Shown here: in pieces, positions 23,374 to 33,902 of the stretch
Numbering within the stretch: position 1 is the first letter of the stretch
Layout of the letters: each line of letters begins with the position of its first letter
Assembly: GCA_963733675.1 (NCBI GenBank)
Contig: CAVTET010000001.1
Location: forward strand, 640,001-704,000
Reading direction: 5' to 3'
DNA length: 64,000 nt
Origin: an uncultured Methanosarcinaceae archaeon
GTDB lineage: Archaea > Halobacteriota > Methanosarcinia > Methanosarcinales > Methanosarcinaceae
Program-made: the position numbers and the translations under genes
The notes under the pieces: model-generated
Seen by the model: the letters and a program-made list of their open reading frames with translations, nothing else
Told to the model about the DNA's origin: nothing
Databases searched by the model: none

Positions 23374-23889
23374 TCAGTAGCCACCGTTGGTTTCACTATC
23401 CATGTCTTTCATGTTCATGTTCTTCATGTCCATTTTATTCATGTTCATTTTATTCATGTCCATTTTATTCATGCCCATGTTTTTCATGCCCATGTTTTTC
23501 ATGTCCATGTCTTTCATGTTCATGTTCTTCATGTCCATTTTATTCATGTTCATTTTATTCATGTTCTTCATGTCCATTTTATTCATGTTCATTTTATTCA
23601 TGTTCATTTTATTCATGTCCATTTTATTCATGCCCATGTTTTTCATGCCCATGTTTTTCATGTCCATGTCTTTCATGTCCATATCTTTGCTGTAGTGATG
23701 GTGATGGTGGTGGTGAGGCCACTTGCAGATTGTAGTCTTCACATCTTTCAGGATTATAATGGTTATTTTCTTTTCCTTAACCATAACTGGTCCTGCGCTT
23801 ACTGCTGCAGCTGTCACTGATGCTACAAAAAGAACTGCCAGCAAAATAGCCAGTACCTTTTTTATTCTACTAGATGATTGTTTCAACAT
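23374..23889 (-). CDS. Secreted His7 + Met-rich pentapeptide repeat protein (MXKDX-like)
   Basis: GGAGTG before the ATG, signal peptide ending AAAVSA, HHHHHHH, then ~19 [KN][DNK]M[DGN]M pentapeptides. Confidence 0.82.
   Translation of the reverse strand: MLKQSSSRIKKVLAILLAVLFVASVTAAAVSAGPVMVKEKKITIIILKDVKTTICKWPHHHHHHHYSKDMDMKDMDMKNMGMKNMGMNKMDMNKMNMNKMNMNKMDMKNMNKMNMNKMDMKNMNMKDMDMKNMGMKNMGMNKMDMNKMNMNKMDMKNMNMKDMDSETNGGY
23399..23688. repeat. 15-bp-period tandem repeat encoding Met pentapeptides
   Basis: CATGTCCATTTTATT / CATGTTCATTTTATT / CATGCCCATGTTTTT units read directly. Confidence 0.9.
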
Positions 23890-24209
23890 TTAGTTCACTC
23901 CTGTATGACTAAAATTAATAATTATACTGGAATTTGTTCTTGGTAACTATTCAAACTACAAAGAATTAGTTGGTTGATACCTATTCTATTACATCAACTA
24001 CATCAACTAATTTTGATAAACTACATTACTTACTGAGTTTGTCAGGTATTTTAAATTAATTATAAAAAAAATAGTTTCTGAATAAAATTTCTTTCCCCAT
24101 AAAATATTTTGACATCGGACAACTATTTAACATTAATATTGTTTTATTAAAAGGTCGGATGCTGAGCCAATCGTTTTGCTGACAAAATTTCATTTTTGAT
24201 TGCTTTCAT

Positions 24210-24244
24210 TGATGCACAGGTTTTATCACAAAAACTGTGCATCA
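24210..24244. repeat. Intergenic hairpin TGATGCACAG-N15-CTGTGCATCA
   Basis: Perfect 10-bp stem; related degenerate copies near 10220-10246 and 24486-24504. Confidence 0.6.
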
Positions 24245-24695
24245 GAAAAAACGATAAAATCCTGTTTCTTGTGATGAAGCAAAAGAATTTACAGAACTTT
24301 CGTTACACTACCAGAACTATATAATTATCAGCTCCTTATTTTTCTATTTACGATGATTGATTGAGCTAATTAATTTCAAGTGTTCCAGGAGCTCCAGATG
24401 TTCTAGGAGTTCCATAAGCTCCAGGAGTCATAGATCAGTAACCTTTTCTTATTTCGTATGGAACTTAGAAAATTCTGAGATTTTAGCACAAAAACTATGC
24501 ATCATTGGAAATGATAAAAACAGAACTTTGTTAACATGATAATTGACTCAGCGTCCTACTTTTTTGCAGTCAAAGAGAATGGATAAAAAAATAATCAAAT
24601 TTAACATAACTTTTGGTATATTACCAAAACTAATGCATGTAATCAATAATTTTTAAGGTATCGCCAAGCCTCCTAATGATGGAGGTTAGGATTTA

Positions 24696-24941
24696 TCAAT
24701 TATTTTCATTAAAGCTCCAGCGACTAATAAGAAGGGCTATGAAACCAAAAAACAATGCGCCAATAAGTTGATAGAGAAACGTAAAAGGCCAGTCTGTTTG
24801 AAATCCTAGCTTGGTAAATATCCATAATAATATCCACAATAATCCTAGTTTGCTCGTTATCCACCAGATCACGTAAAGTATTATTAAAAGCACGAAAGTG
24901 CACCTGGTTACTCCCTTCAATATCAAAATCAAACATATCAC
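24696..24941 (-). CDS. Small hypothetical membrane protein, possibly a fragment
   Basis: Two to three hydrophobic segments; no family recognised. Confidence 0.35.
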   Translation of the reverse strand: MICLILILKGVTRCTFVLLIILYVIWWITSKLGLLWILLWIFTKLGFQTDWPFTFLYQLIGALFFGFIALLISRWSFNENN

Positions 24942-25617
24942 GCACTATAAAATCATCTTTGTTTAGATTAGATATCTGGATTATTTTTTTTAGTATATTA
25001 TAAAATACAGGTTGATAAATATATATACACAACTGCCTTCATTTTATTATATTAAATTGGAACAGAAAATATACAGGACCACTTTCGTAATAAAAAATAT
25101 CAGTGTGTATATATTAACAAAAGTTTAATTTTGAAAATTAAGGATTCTACATAGCTACTGAAATCTATATGCAATTATTAGTCAAGAGATGGATTTTATG
25201 CATAGATATATGCCTTATTTTTTAAAATATTAGAGCAAGAAAAGTAGAATTCTCTTGAAATATTTATAAAAAATCAGTTATATAATTACTACAAAATAAA
25301 AATCAGATGAAAAAAGTTATATAAGATGTATATTTAAATATAATTTATACAGTTTGCAATTGATATATCGAATCAATACATTGTAAGTAAATAGGATATG
25401 TTGCGTTACTATTGAGAGTCATTGAAATTAATAAGCTCTAAAAGTTCTCTATATTGAACCCAAATACAGAAGATATTCCGTTTTAGTCTTTGATAAATGA
25501 CTTTAGGGAAATTCGAAAAGTAAGTTGGATTTTAAAATAAACCAATTTATATAAAATCAAATGAACGGGAATAAAATTTGCAAATAAGTTTTTAAATAAA
25601 TTGGCAAGGTAATAAAA

Positions 25618-27189
25618 ATGAAAAAAAAATATAGTATAATAACTGATGTATCTGTAATAAAAGAAGTATCAATTTTTACTGAAATTCTGATTTTGTTCTT
25701 GGTTATAAGTTCATCAACTGCAATGGCATATACAGAATTTTCAGAGGAAAACATGTCATCTAATATTCACAAAAATATTGTGAATCAAACTAAACTTTCT
25801 CCAAAGTTTGAGCTTTCACCAGAAAATCCTAAATTGATTGATTACATAAATAACAACAGGTACAATCAAGCGATCATCACACCTTCGCCTATCGATTTTA
25901 GTTATCTCAAAAATATTTCCAACCCAGACTTAAATGTTTTAGCAAGCACACATATTCCGGCTTCCTATGATCTGCGGATGTTGAATAAAGTAACCCCTGT
26001 AAAAAATCAAGGCCACACAGCTACGTGTTGGACATATGCAACTTACGGATCTCTTGAATCATATCTTATGCCGGGACAAAACTACAACTTTTCAGAACAG
26101 AATATGAAAAACCTTCTTTCTGACAACTACACAAATGGTTTTGGTCGTCGTTCCAACGGTGGAGGAAACTATTTAATGACAAGTGCTTACTTAACTAGCT
26201 GGGCAGGACCAATGAATAATATGGATGACATGTGGAACCCTAAGCTATACACTTCACAAATAGGACTTCCTATACAAAAACATGTACAAAATATAACTTA
26301 CCCGGCACTCAGGGCTAATTCTACAGACAATCAGGAGATAAAAGCGGCGATTATGAGTTATGGAGGAGTTGGAACTTCAATTTACATAGATTCCAACAAT
26401 ACTACTATTTATAACAAAAAAACACATAGTTGTTACTATAATGGAACATTAGATTCCTATCATGCTGTGACCATTGTAGGCTGGAACGATTCTTACAGTA
26501 GATACAATTTCTCCACAACTCCACCCGGAGATGGAGCATTTATCATAAAAAATAGCTGGGGTCCACAATGGGGTGATAATGGGTATTGTTATATTTCCTA
26601 TTATGATTCCAATTTAGGAAAACAAGGTGAAAATGCAGTATTCAGTGCTGAACCACTTAATGATTATACAAGCATCTACCAACACGATCCACTTGGATGG
26701 ACTGGATCATTAGGAGAAGAAAATTCCACCAATACATTATGGGGTGCCAGTGTATTTACTGTAAGATCTAACGAAACTCTCAAAGCTGTAAGTTTCTACA
26801 CATCAGTCTATAACTCCAATTATACGATTAGTATCTACAATAATACGGGATCTAACCCCACTAGTATAGGTGGTCCTGTTGTTACACAGACTGGAACAAT
26901 TCCAACTATTGGATACCACACAATCCCCCTGACTTTTGGAACTAATCTCCAGGCAGGCCAAACTTTCTCAGTAGTCCTTGAGCTTACAACCCCTGGATAC
27001 ACTTACCCGATATCAATATCAAAACCCATCCGGGGCTATAGTAGCAATGTAAACGCAACTGCAGGAGAAAGTTTTGCAAGTAATGATGGAATTAAGTGGT
27101 ACGACATAACATCATTGGTACCAAATGCAACTATATGCATCAAAGCGTTTACTGATCCAGTAAATGCATCTCAGATTAAGCTTGACTAA
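25618..27189 (+). CDS. Secreted papain-family (C1A) cysteine protease with C-terminal lectin-like domain
   Basis: PASYDLR, QGHTATCW (Gln/Cys), HAVTIVGW (His), KNSWG (Asn); IYQHDPLGW..ICIKAFT lectin-like domain; N-terminal hydrophobic signal. Confidence 0.92.
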   Translation: MKKKYSIITDVSVIKEVSIFTEILILFLVISSSTAMAYTEFSEENMSSNIHKNIVNQTKLSPKFELSPENPKLIDYINNNRYNQAIITPSPIDFSYLKNISNPDLNVLASTHIPASYDLRMLNKVTPVKNQGHTATCWTYATYGSLESYLMPGQNYNFSEQNMKNLLSDNYTNGFGRRSNGGGNYLMTSAYLTSWAGPMNNMDDMWNPKLYTSQIGLPIQKHVQNITYPALRANSTDNQEIKAAIMSYGGVGTSIYIDSNNTTIYNKKTHSCYYNGTLDSYHAVTIVGWNDSYSRYNFSTTPPGDGAFIIKNSWGPQWGDNGYCYISYYDSNLGKQGENAVFSAEPLNDYTSIYQHDPLGWTGSLGEENSTNTLWGASVFTVRSNETLKAVSFYTSVYNSNYTISIYNNTGSNPTSIGGPVVTQTGTIPTIGYHTIPLTFGTNLQAGQTFSVVLELTTPGYTYPISISKPIRGYSSNVNATAGESFASNDGIKWYDITSLVPNATICIKAFTDPVNASQIKLD

Positions 27190-27371
27190 AATCAAATTTT
27201 TCTGTAGTTTTCTATACTTGTAGGCTTGTAATTGTTAGAGTAATAGTTCAGAAGATTGTAATAGATATTTGATCTTGACAACATGAGCGTTTTACCTCAA
27301 AACCTATGTATCAGTAAGAAAAATAAATACAGATCGAATAGAATATATGAAAAAAATATTTATGGAGCAGG

Positions 27372-27827
27372 TCAGGAATTGATTGATTTCAGGACAGCAA
27401 TTTCGCTGCAGTCTGGAAACTTTGAGCATCTTATGCAGCCAGACCAAATTTTTCTGGGAAGGCAATTTTTGTCCACTACTTTAAAACCTAGAGTCGCAAA
27501 AAAATCAGGCACATAAGTAAGAGCAAAGACCTCTTTAATATCAAAGTATTTGACATCATCAATGCAGGCTGAAACAAGCTTTGTACCGATTCCTTTTCTT
27601 GAAAATTCTGGTTTAACGGCGAGGGCAAGTATCTCTGCAAGGTCTTCCCAGACCACATGGAGAGCACCACATCCAACAACCTCTCCATCGATCTCATATA
27701 CATAATAATCCCTTATATTCTCATATATCTCACTAAGAGAACGGGCAAGCATGAGCTCATTCTTGGAATAAATACTGATAATCTGCCTCATTAAAACAAC
27801 GTCATTTACCCTGGCTTTCCTAATCAA
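27372..27827 (-). CDS. GNAT N-acetyltransferase, short ArgA / N-acetylglutamate synthase-like
   Basis: IRKA, MLARSLSEIYENIRDY, LAEILALAV..SRKGIG, VFALTY, KIWSGCIRC; TTG start after AGAGGG. Confidence 0.85.
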   Translation of the reverse strand: MIRKARVNDVVLMRQIISIYSKNELMLARSLSEIYENIRDYYVYEIDGEVVGCGALHVVWEDLAEILALAVKPEFSRKGIGTKLVSACIDDVKYFDIKEVFALTYVPDFFATLGFKVVDKNCLPRKIWSGCIRCSKFPDCSEIAVLKSINS

Positions 27828-28090
27828 TTGCTTTTCCCTCTGAAGTAACATTGTATTTTCCAATAGATAGATACTGTTCTGAACTTTGTTGTTTCTACAA
27901 TCCACTGAACAAAGCTACGAAATTATTCTTTTTTCAGATGAAAAATATTCCTATAGACTACAGAATATGTCCCCATAATCTAGCAAAATTTACTTCTCTT
28001 ACTAATAATACCCGATGTTTAATATGTAATAGCCGATCGAAAAATACTTATTTCAGGAAAAAGCTGGAAAAACAGATTAAAGGAAATTAA

Positions 28091-28165
28091 CGGGCGCGAA
28101 GGGATTTGAACCCCCGATTCACAGCTTAGGAGGCTGGTGCCATATCCGGGCTAGGCCACGCGCCC
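28091..28165 (-). tRNA. tRNA-Arg (anticodon CCT)
   Basis: Reverse complement GGGCGCGTGGCCTAGCCCGGATATGGCACCAGCCTCCTAAGCTGTGAATCGGGGGTTCAAATCCCTTCGCGCCCG folds as a cloverleaf; anticodon loop CTCCTAA; CCA not encoded. Confidence 0.95.
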
Positions 28166-28803
28166 ATTATACAGTTCCAAAGAGAATTCAAACATATAAC
28201 TGTTTACGGGATCTGCATTTCAGGTGAAGTATCAATAATAGCGATATAAGATATATATAATTATCTTTCAGAGAACGATCGAAGTTCACCTGAAAAATAA
28301 GACTGATTTTCTGGAGAGTATAATAAACAATGTAAAACAAGCGAACCTGATCATGTTAACAATACCCTTATATTTTAAGAGGCTTTTCAATATGAGTTGA
28401 GATTGACAAAACGTACCATTAATTTCACTTTAATTGGCTGCAAGCAATCCAAAAAACAAAAAAACAATATAAAGGCACCTTTTAGTGGATTATCTATCGC
28501 ATAGAAGTTAATGACTAACATTTTATTATGTAGATACTCGAAGCCAAAAATAGAGTACATTTATACTTTGTGTTTCAAAATTAATTTTCATACAGTTTGA
28601 TGCCTAAAGATATTTATTTCTCAATTCAATCATGTAAATCCTATTTCGATATACTTACTGCTGAGAACATTAAGTAACGTTATGCTAGTTCCAGTCCTAT
28701 TACAACTTCACTTTCTACCAAGGCCTATGGTCATTACCCCTTTAGACCATAAAATCTTTGATAGACTTTCACAAGCAAAATAAAATAAATCTAGAAAAAT
28801 TAG

Positions 28804-29385
28804 ATGAAAAGAGGAAAAAGTGTGCACATAAAAAACAGTCACTCTTATTCAGCAAATACTAGTAAACTCCGAATGATGGTCTTTGCATCTCTTTTTGCAG
28901 CCCTTACAGCCACAGGTGCATATATAATGATTCCTGTACCTTTATCTCCGGTCCCTATAACACTGCATGTTTTTTTTGTTCTACTTGCTGGCAGTATGTT
29001 GGGAAGCAAATGGGGGAGTATGAGTATGATAGTGTACATACTTCTTGGTATTGTAGGGCTCCCCGTATTTGCAGGAGGTAGTTCAGGGATAGGAGTACTT
29101 CTTGGGCCCACAGGTGGGTATATATTTGGCTTTATTTTGGCTGCCTATATGATAGGAAAACTTTCTAGAAAGACTGGAAATGGGGCCAATTCCAGTTTTT
29201 TCATTAATGCTCTTAATATGAGCGCAGGAGTTCTGGTTATTTATTCGTGTGGAGCTTTCCGGTTAATGATGATGGCTGACTTGGATCTTGGAAAAACTTT
29301 TGCTCTTGGCGTTATTCCTTTTCTGCCTGGAGATATCATCAAAACATCAGTTGCAGCCTACATAATTTCTAAGCATGAAATATAA
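28804..29385 (+). CDS. bioY: Biotin ECF transporter S component
   Basis: PVPITL, LLGIVGLPVFAGG, GPTGGYIFGF and PFLPGDIIK motifs. Confidence 0.93.
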   Translation: MKRGKSVHIKNSHSYSANTSKLRMMVFASLFAALTATGAYIMIPVPLSPVPITLHVFFVLLAGSMLGSKWGSMSMIVYILLGIVGLPVFAGGSSGIGVLLGPTGGYIFGFILAAYMIGKLSRKTGNGANSSFFINALNMSAGVLVIYSCGAFRLMMMADLDLGKTFALGVIPFLPGDIIKTSVAAYIISKHEI

Positions 29386-29418
29386 AAGTCCATGATTTGG
29401 TTTATTTCAGTCAATTAT

Positions 29419-30008
29419 CTAGCAACTTGCTGTGGGTATAGTAGCTGCTAATAGATCCGTTAATTAACTAACTGATTTATTTTAATCTACTTTTGCACTC
29501 AAAATGAAAATGCTTCATCTAAACCATTGGGTCTATCATATAAGATATCAAGCGTTTTTTTGTTTATGATGTATTGGGAAAAATTTTTCCCAAATAATGA
29601 TATAATCACCTATTTGAAAAATATCTGCAATGAAATTGGTGAAAGGTGCTGTTTTTGAATTTGATTCAATAAGCATTGATAGTGATCATGTGCATTTTTT
29701 TGTTGACACCAGAATAAAATATTTTCCTTCAAAAGTGATGAAGATCATGAAAAGTATCGCAAAAAGAAGAACCCTCAAAGAATACTCTAAATTAAAACAC
29801 AGTTATGAGATTATGAACTGCGTAGTGATATTAGAAAGTACATTGGAACCGAGATTATGGCACAATTTATGATGTAATATAACACTATGTTGAAAATTAG
29901 GGGAAACAGGAAAAAAGAATCATATGAGCAAATAAAAATATTTGATTTGGAATAATTCATTATATCCAGAAGATAGCACGAACACACTCCGCTACTTTCA
30001 GCGGTGTA
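29419..30008 (+). pseudogene. Decayed IS200/IS605 element (tnpA relic ~29504-29955) between bioY and ecfA
   Basis: DHVHFFV HUH motif, KYFPSKVMKIMKSI and ESYEQIKIFDLE* with frameshifts; subterminal hairpin CCGCT-N6-AGCGG at 29989-30004. Confidence 0.78.
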
Positions 30009-30088
30009 AGACACCTAAATTTTGATTTGTGTTAGATCCTAGAGTATTTACGAGAACTTAAACAAAGGAAAATAAAGTTTGATTAACC

Positions 30089-30913
30089 ATGATCAGATTT
30101 GAGAAAGTAAGTTACAGTTATCCTGATGGGACTACTGCACTTGAGGACGTGAATTTGACGATACAAAAAGGAGAATTCATAGGAATAATAGGCAAAAACG
30201 GCAGTGGCAAATCCACACTTGCCCTTCACATCAATGGGCTCCTTAAACCCCAGAAAGGAAAGGTATTAATACGAGGCATGGACACCTGTGACCCTTCAAA
30301 GCTTCAAGGTATCCGAAAGATCGTAGGTATTGTATTCCAGAATCCTGAGACTCAGTTTGTGGGCAGAACCATAGAAGAAGATCTGGCCTTCGGCCCAGAA
30401 AATCTCTGTCTTTCTCCTTTAGAAATCCGAAAGTGTGTAGATATGGCTCTTAGTGAAATAGAGTTTGAGAAATACAGATATCGCTCTCCAAAAACTCTTA
30501 GTGGTGGACAGACCCAGTGTGTAGCACTTGCAGGAATCCTTGCCATGAAGCCTGAATGCATTGTTTTTGATGAGATAACTTCCATGCTTGACCCAGATTC
30601 CGGAACCTTTATCCTCGAAAGCATAAATAAGTTGAGGAGAAAAGGAAAAAACATAGTTTACGTTACCCATAATCTCGAAGAGCTTCATTCTGCAGACAAA
30701 ATAGTTGTTATGGAAAAGGGAAAAATAGTTTCGGAAGGGGATCCTGAGAGTATTTTTTTGGATAATTCTCTTCAAAAGCTTGGGTTTACCACACCTTCCC
30801 TTATTGAGTTGGCAACCCATTTGAAGATGTACGAAGTCGAAATTCCCTGGGGAAAAATCCATTCACCCCACAGCTTTGCAGAGGAGCTATGCCAATTATT
30901 CTTAAAAATGTAA
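30089..30913 (+). CDS. ecfA: ECF transporter ATPase (A1)
   Basis: Walker A GKNGSGKS, VFQNPETQ, LSGGQ, Walker B IVFDE, H-loop VTH. Confidence 0.9.
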   Translation: MIRFEKVSYSYPDGTTALEDVNLTIQKGEFIGIIGKNGSGKSTLALHINGLLKPQKGKVLIRGMDTCDPSKLQGIRKIVGIVFQNPETQFVGRTIEEDLAFGPENLCLSPLEIRKCVDMALSEIEFEKYRYRSPKTLSGGQTQCVALAGILAMKPECIVFDEITSMLDPDSGTFILESINKLRRKGKNIVYVTHNLEELHSADKIVVMEKGKIVSEGDPESIFLDNSLQKLGFTTPSLIELATHLKMYEVEIPWGKIHSPHSFAEELCQLFLKM

Positions 30914-31689
30914 GTTTTTCATACTCAAAAAAAACTCCTCTTGAGATTCCTGCCTTAAGAGACGTTAACCTACGGATAGAAAAGGGAGAATTTGTAGGAA
31001 TCCTAGGAGAGAAAGGAGCAGGAAAATCCACTCTTTTAAAACTGTTTAATGGACTGCTGATTCCTGAAACTGGAATCGTACTTGTGGATGGCCTTGACCC
31101 CTCCTCAGTAGAGGTAAGACACAGGATAGGCATGGTATTTCAACAAGCTGCAGACCAGCTATTTTGTAGAACCGTATACGATGAGATAGCATTCGGACCT
31201 TTAAACTTTGGGTACTCAAGAAAAGAAGCCAATGAAAGGGTCAATGAGGTTATAGAAGCTGTTTCTCTTGATCCAAAAATGCTTCTTCTAAGTCCATTCA
31301 GTCTGAGCGGGGGAAAAATGAAAATAGTAGCCCTTGCAAGCGCCCTTGCTCTCAGACCGGACTACATCATACTGGATGAACCCATCACAGGGCTTGATCC
31401 GGATTGGAAAACAGAAATTCTCAAAACTTTCAAAAAAGCACGGGACAGAGGAGCTACAATTATAGTAGTAACCCATAACATTGAAGATTTTTTCCCATTT
31501 CTCGAAAAGATCATTCTTATCGGGGAAGGAAAAATATCTTTTCATGGGAGCAGAGATGATTATCTTAAAGCAGGTTGTTTACCTCTTCCACCAATAGCCT
31601 CCGTGATGAGAGAACTCAAAGCAAGAGGCTTGCCAATTAATTCTGCTGTATTTAATGTTGAAGATGCTCTTGAAGAGATATTAAGATGA
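30889..31689 (+). CDS. ecfA: ECF transporter ATPase (A2)
   Basis: Walker A GEKGAGKS, PFSLSGG, ILDEP, VTH; overlaps the end of A1. Confidence 0.88.
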   Translation: MPIILKNVSFSYSKKTPLEIPALRDVNLRIEKGEFVGILGEKGAGKSTLLKLFNGLLIPETGIVLVDGLDPSSVEVRHRIGMVFQQAADQLFCRTVYDEIAFGPLNFGYSRKEANERVNEVIEAVSLDPKMLLLSPFSLSGGKMKIVALASALALRPDYIILDEPITGLDPDWKTEILKTFKKARDRGATIIVVTHNIEDFFPFLEKIILIGEGKISFHGSRDDYLKAGCLPLPPIASVMRELKARGLPINSAVFNVEDALEEILR

Positions 31690-31929
31690 AATACGTAACT
31701 CAAAAAGAAAGCATATCGAACAATACGAATAAAAAATTGCAACATGACTAATAAACTAAAGAGAAGAAACTGCAGTATGAATAAAAAAATACAAACGAAG
31801 TAAGAAACTGCTCAGGCTACAGAACTATTTAAACTTAATTTGAATTAAAAATTTATTGGGGTTCAAATGAGAACCACTGAAAAAAAGAATCCATGTAAAA
31901 TATTTCAAAAAAGAAAACGGTGAGAAATT

Positions 31930-32703
31930 ATGCATGAGCCAGTTTTCAGTTACTTGCCTTGAGTCTCTCCCCTCCACAAGCTTGACCCCAGGACAAAAAT
32001 TGTGGCAGTGATGCTGCTTGGAATTTTGGCATTCAGGATTGAGAATTTTGTAGGGATAGTAGCTCTATTCACGTTCTTCTTTGCTCTGACTTTTCTCGCA
32101 CGGTTGCCGATAATGGTATTTTTGAGGGTCATCAGGCCTATGATGTTGTTTATCATATTCATATTTCTTGCACAGCTAATTTTCACTGATGGAAGAGCCT
32201 TTGCCTCATTCTGGATTATGAAAGCGAGTTTTGAAGGGCTTGAAAATGGAATTAAGCTTGTTTCCAGATTCCTACTCCTATTGCTTTTTGCAGCCTTTCT
32301 GACAGCAAGTACTGATCCATCTGCAGTCACCTGTGGGGTAGAAAGAATGCTCAGGCCTGTACCGCTCAGCTGGCTGGGAATAAGTTCTTACGAGCTCGCT
32401 ACAATGATGAATATTTCTATAGCAATTTTCCCTATTCTCTTTGACAGATTTGAGCGAACAAAAGCTGCCCAGACCGCAAGAGGAATGGATTTTGTATTAA
32501 ATCCATTCCATTCGATTCCTGCACTTGCTATTCCATTGCTAAAGGGAGTAATCAGAGATACTGAAGAACTGGCCCTTGCAATGGAAAATAGGAGTTACCA
32601 AGGAACAATGCGGACTTCAATGTATGAGCTTTCAATGCAAAAAAAAGACTGGATAGCCCTTTTTATTCTTATTCTTTTTTCCATTTTCGTTCTAAATCTC
32701 TGA
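31930..32703 (+). pseudogene. ecfT: ECF transmembrane T component with an in-frame TGA at codon 11
   Basis: ATG 31930 reads MHEPVFSYLP*VSPLHKLDPRTK, in frame with ORF 32002-32703, which has AQTARG and AMENR (ARG-like motifs). Confidence 0.8.
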
Positions 32704-33132
32704 AAAACAGAGTTTTATAGAGAATTTTGATATGCACTATGTATTCGAGTATTGGAGAGTTAAATCTCTTAACAATATTTTTACTCATGAAAACTCTTCT
32801 GATTTTGTTCTTAAAGAATAATATAAAATTCTCCTTAGGTTGGAAACAAAATTGCTGATAATTAATTCTTTAATTGATTGGAAACCTTTTCGTATTATTT
32901 TAGAGTAAATATATTTTTACAAAACAGTTTTTGAAGAATACCTGAGGGCATAATTTCTAAAATAAACGAAGTAATAACCCAATATCACGAGTTAAAAAAT
33001 AATTTTGAAATGTAGATCTGCAATTTCAGGACTTTGGATTGACGTATTCAAGAATAAAGACAGTGACATTTTTCTCAAATTATCAATTTTTAGAACTTCT
33101 TCTTGATGATGCTGCATCTTGCCTCTTTCGCT

Positions 33133-33306
33133 GAGTTGTTAGCGAATGGTGCTATAGAAAATCAATTGTTGTTAGCTACTATGCTTATTTTCGGAGACAA
33201 ATTTAATCGCAAAAATTCAATATATCAAATTTCAAAAATAGACCCAGAAAAGACTTCGCTTAACTCAACTTTAGAAGCAGATGAATTCTTCGTTGGCTAA
33301 CAACTC
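33133..33306. mobile_element. Putative 174-bp MITE with GAGTTGTTAGC terminal inverted repeats
   Basis: GAGTTGTTAGCGAATG at 33133 versus GAGTTGTTAGCCAACG on the minus strand from 33306 (14/16); GCT directly repeated on both flanks. Confidence 0.55.
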
Positions 33307-33493
33307 GCTAAAACCGATATAAAGTTTAGTCTTCGAACAGTAATGGAAATGAATTTTATAATTATATGAAATTTATGATATTTTATTAGAAATATGCACA
33401 CTTAAAATTTGAAATTTGTACCTAAATTTAGATTGGCATATTCACATAAATACAAAGACTGCTTTATAAGATCACTATACATTTGTGGTGATC

Positions 33494-33889
33494 ATGCTGG
33501 TTCAAAAAGAAATCGAAATTAAAAATTCAAACGAAATTTGGAGTTATTACGATTTAGATGACGGAACTATTCTGAAAATAAAAACTATTTTAATATCAGT
33601 ATATGATGCTGGAGCGGATTTACAAGGAAACCCTTCAATCAATTTACAAACAGCTAATGTTATAGGAGTCACACCACAAACAGATACATTTGAACCATTG
33701 GATGAAAAAAAAGATCTCCAATTTAAAGAAAAATATGATAATCCTTGGAACGAATATACGCTAGATAATGATTATATTTTGATGTTAAAACCCATTATCA
33801 CACAAGTAGACCGAACAGGAAAGTGTGATTTACGTGGTATTCCGTTATATATTATACAATCTCAAGTCGCAGCAAAAGTAAAAACTTGA
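33494..33889 (+). CDS. Hypothetical protein with an internal duplicated ~55-aa domain
   Basis: WSYYDLDDGTILKIKTILISVYDAGADLQGNP aligns with WNEYTLDNDYILMLKPIITQVDRTGKCDLRGIP; GGTGA before ATG 33494. Confidence 0.75.
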   Translation: MLVQKEIEIKNSNEIWSYYDLDDGTILKIKTILISVYDAGADLQGNPSINLQTANVIGVTPQTDTFEPLDEKKDLQFKEKYDNPWNEYTLDNDYILMLKPIITQVDRTGKCDLRGIPLYIIQSQVAAKVKT

Positions 33890-33902
33890 TCTGGGTGAGA
33901 AT

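Noticed and set aside
23328-23735. Cys-rich metallothionein-like ORF and Met/Phe-rich ORF (23387-23695) on the + strand
   Set aside because: Antisense shadows of the 15-bp repeat; the minus-strand ORF has the RBS, signal peptide and His tract.
28091-28165. tRNA-Arg as an integration site with an att duplication
   Set aside because: I found no second copy of the tRNA 3' end and no integrase in the window by eye.
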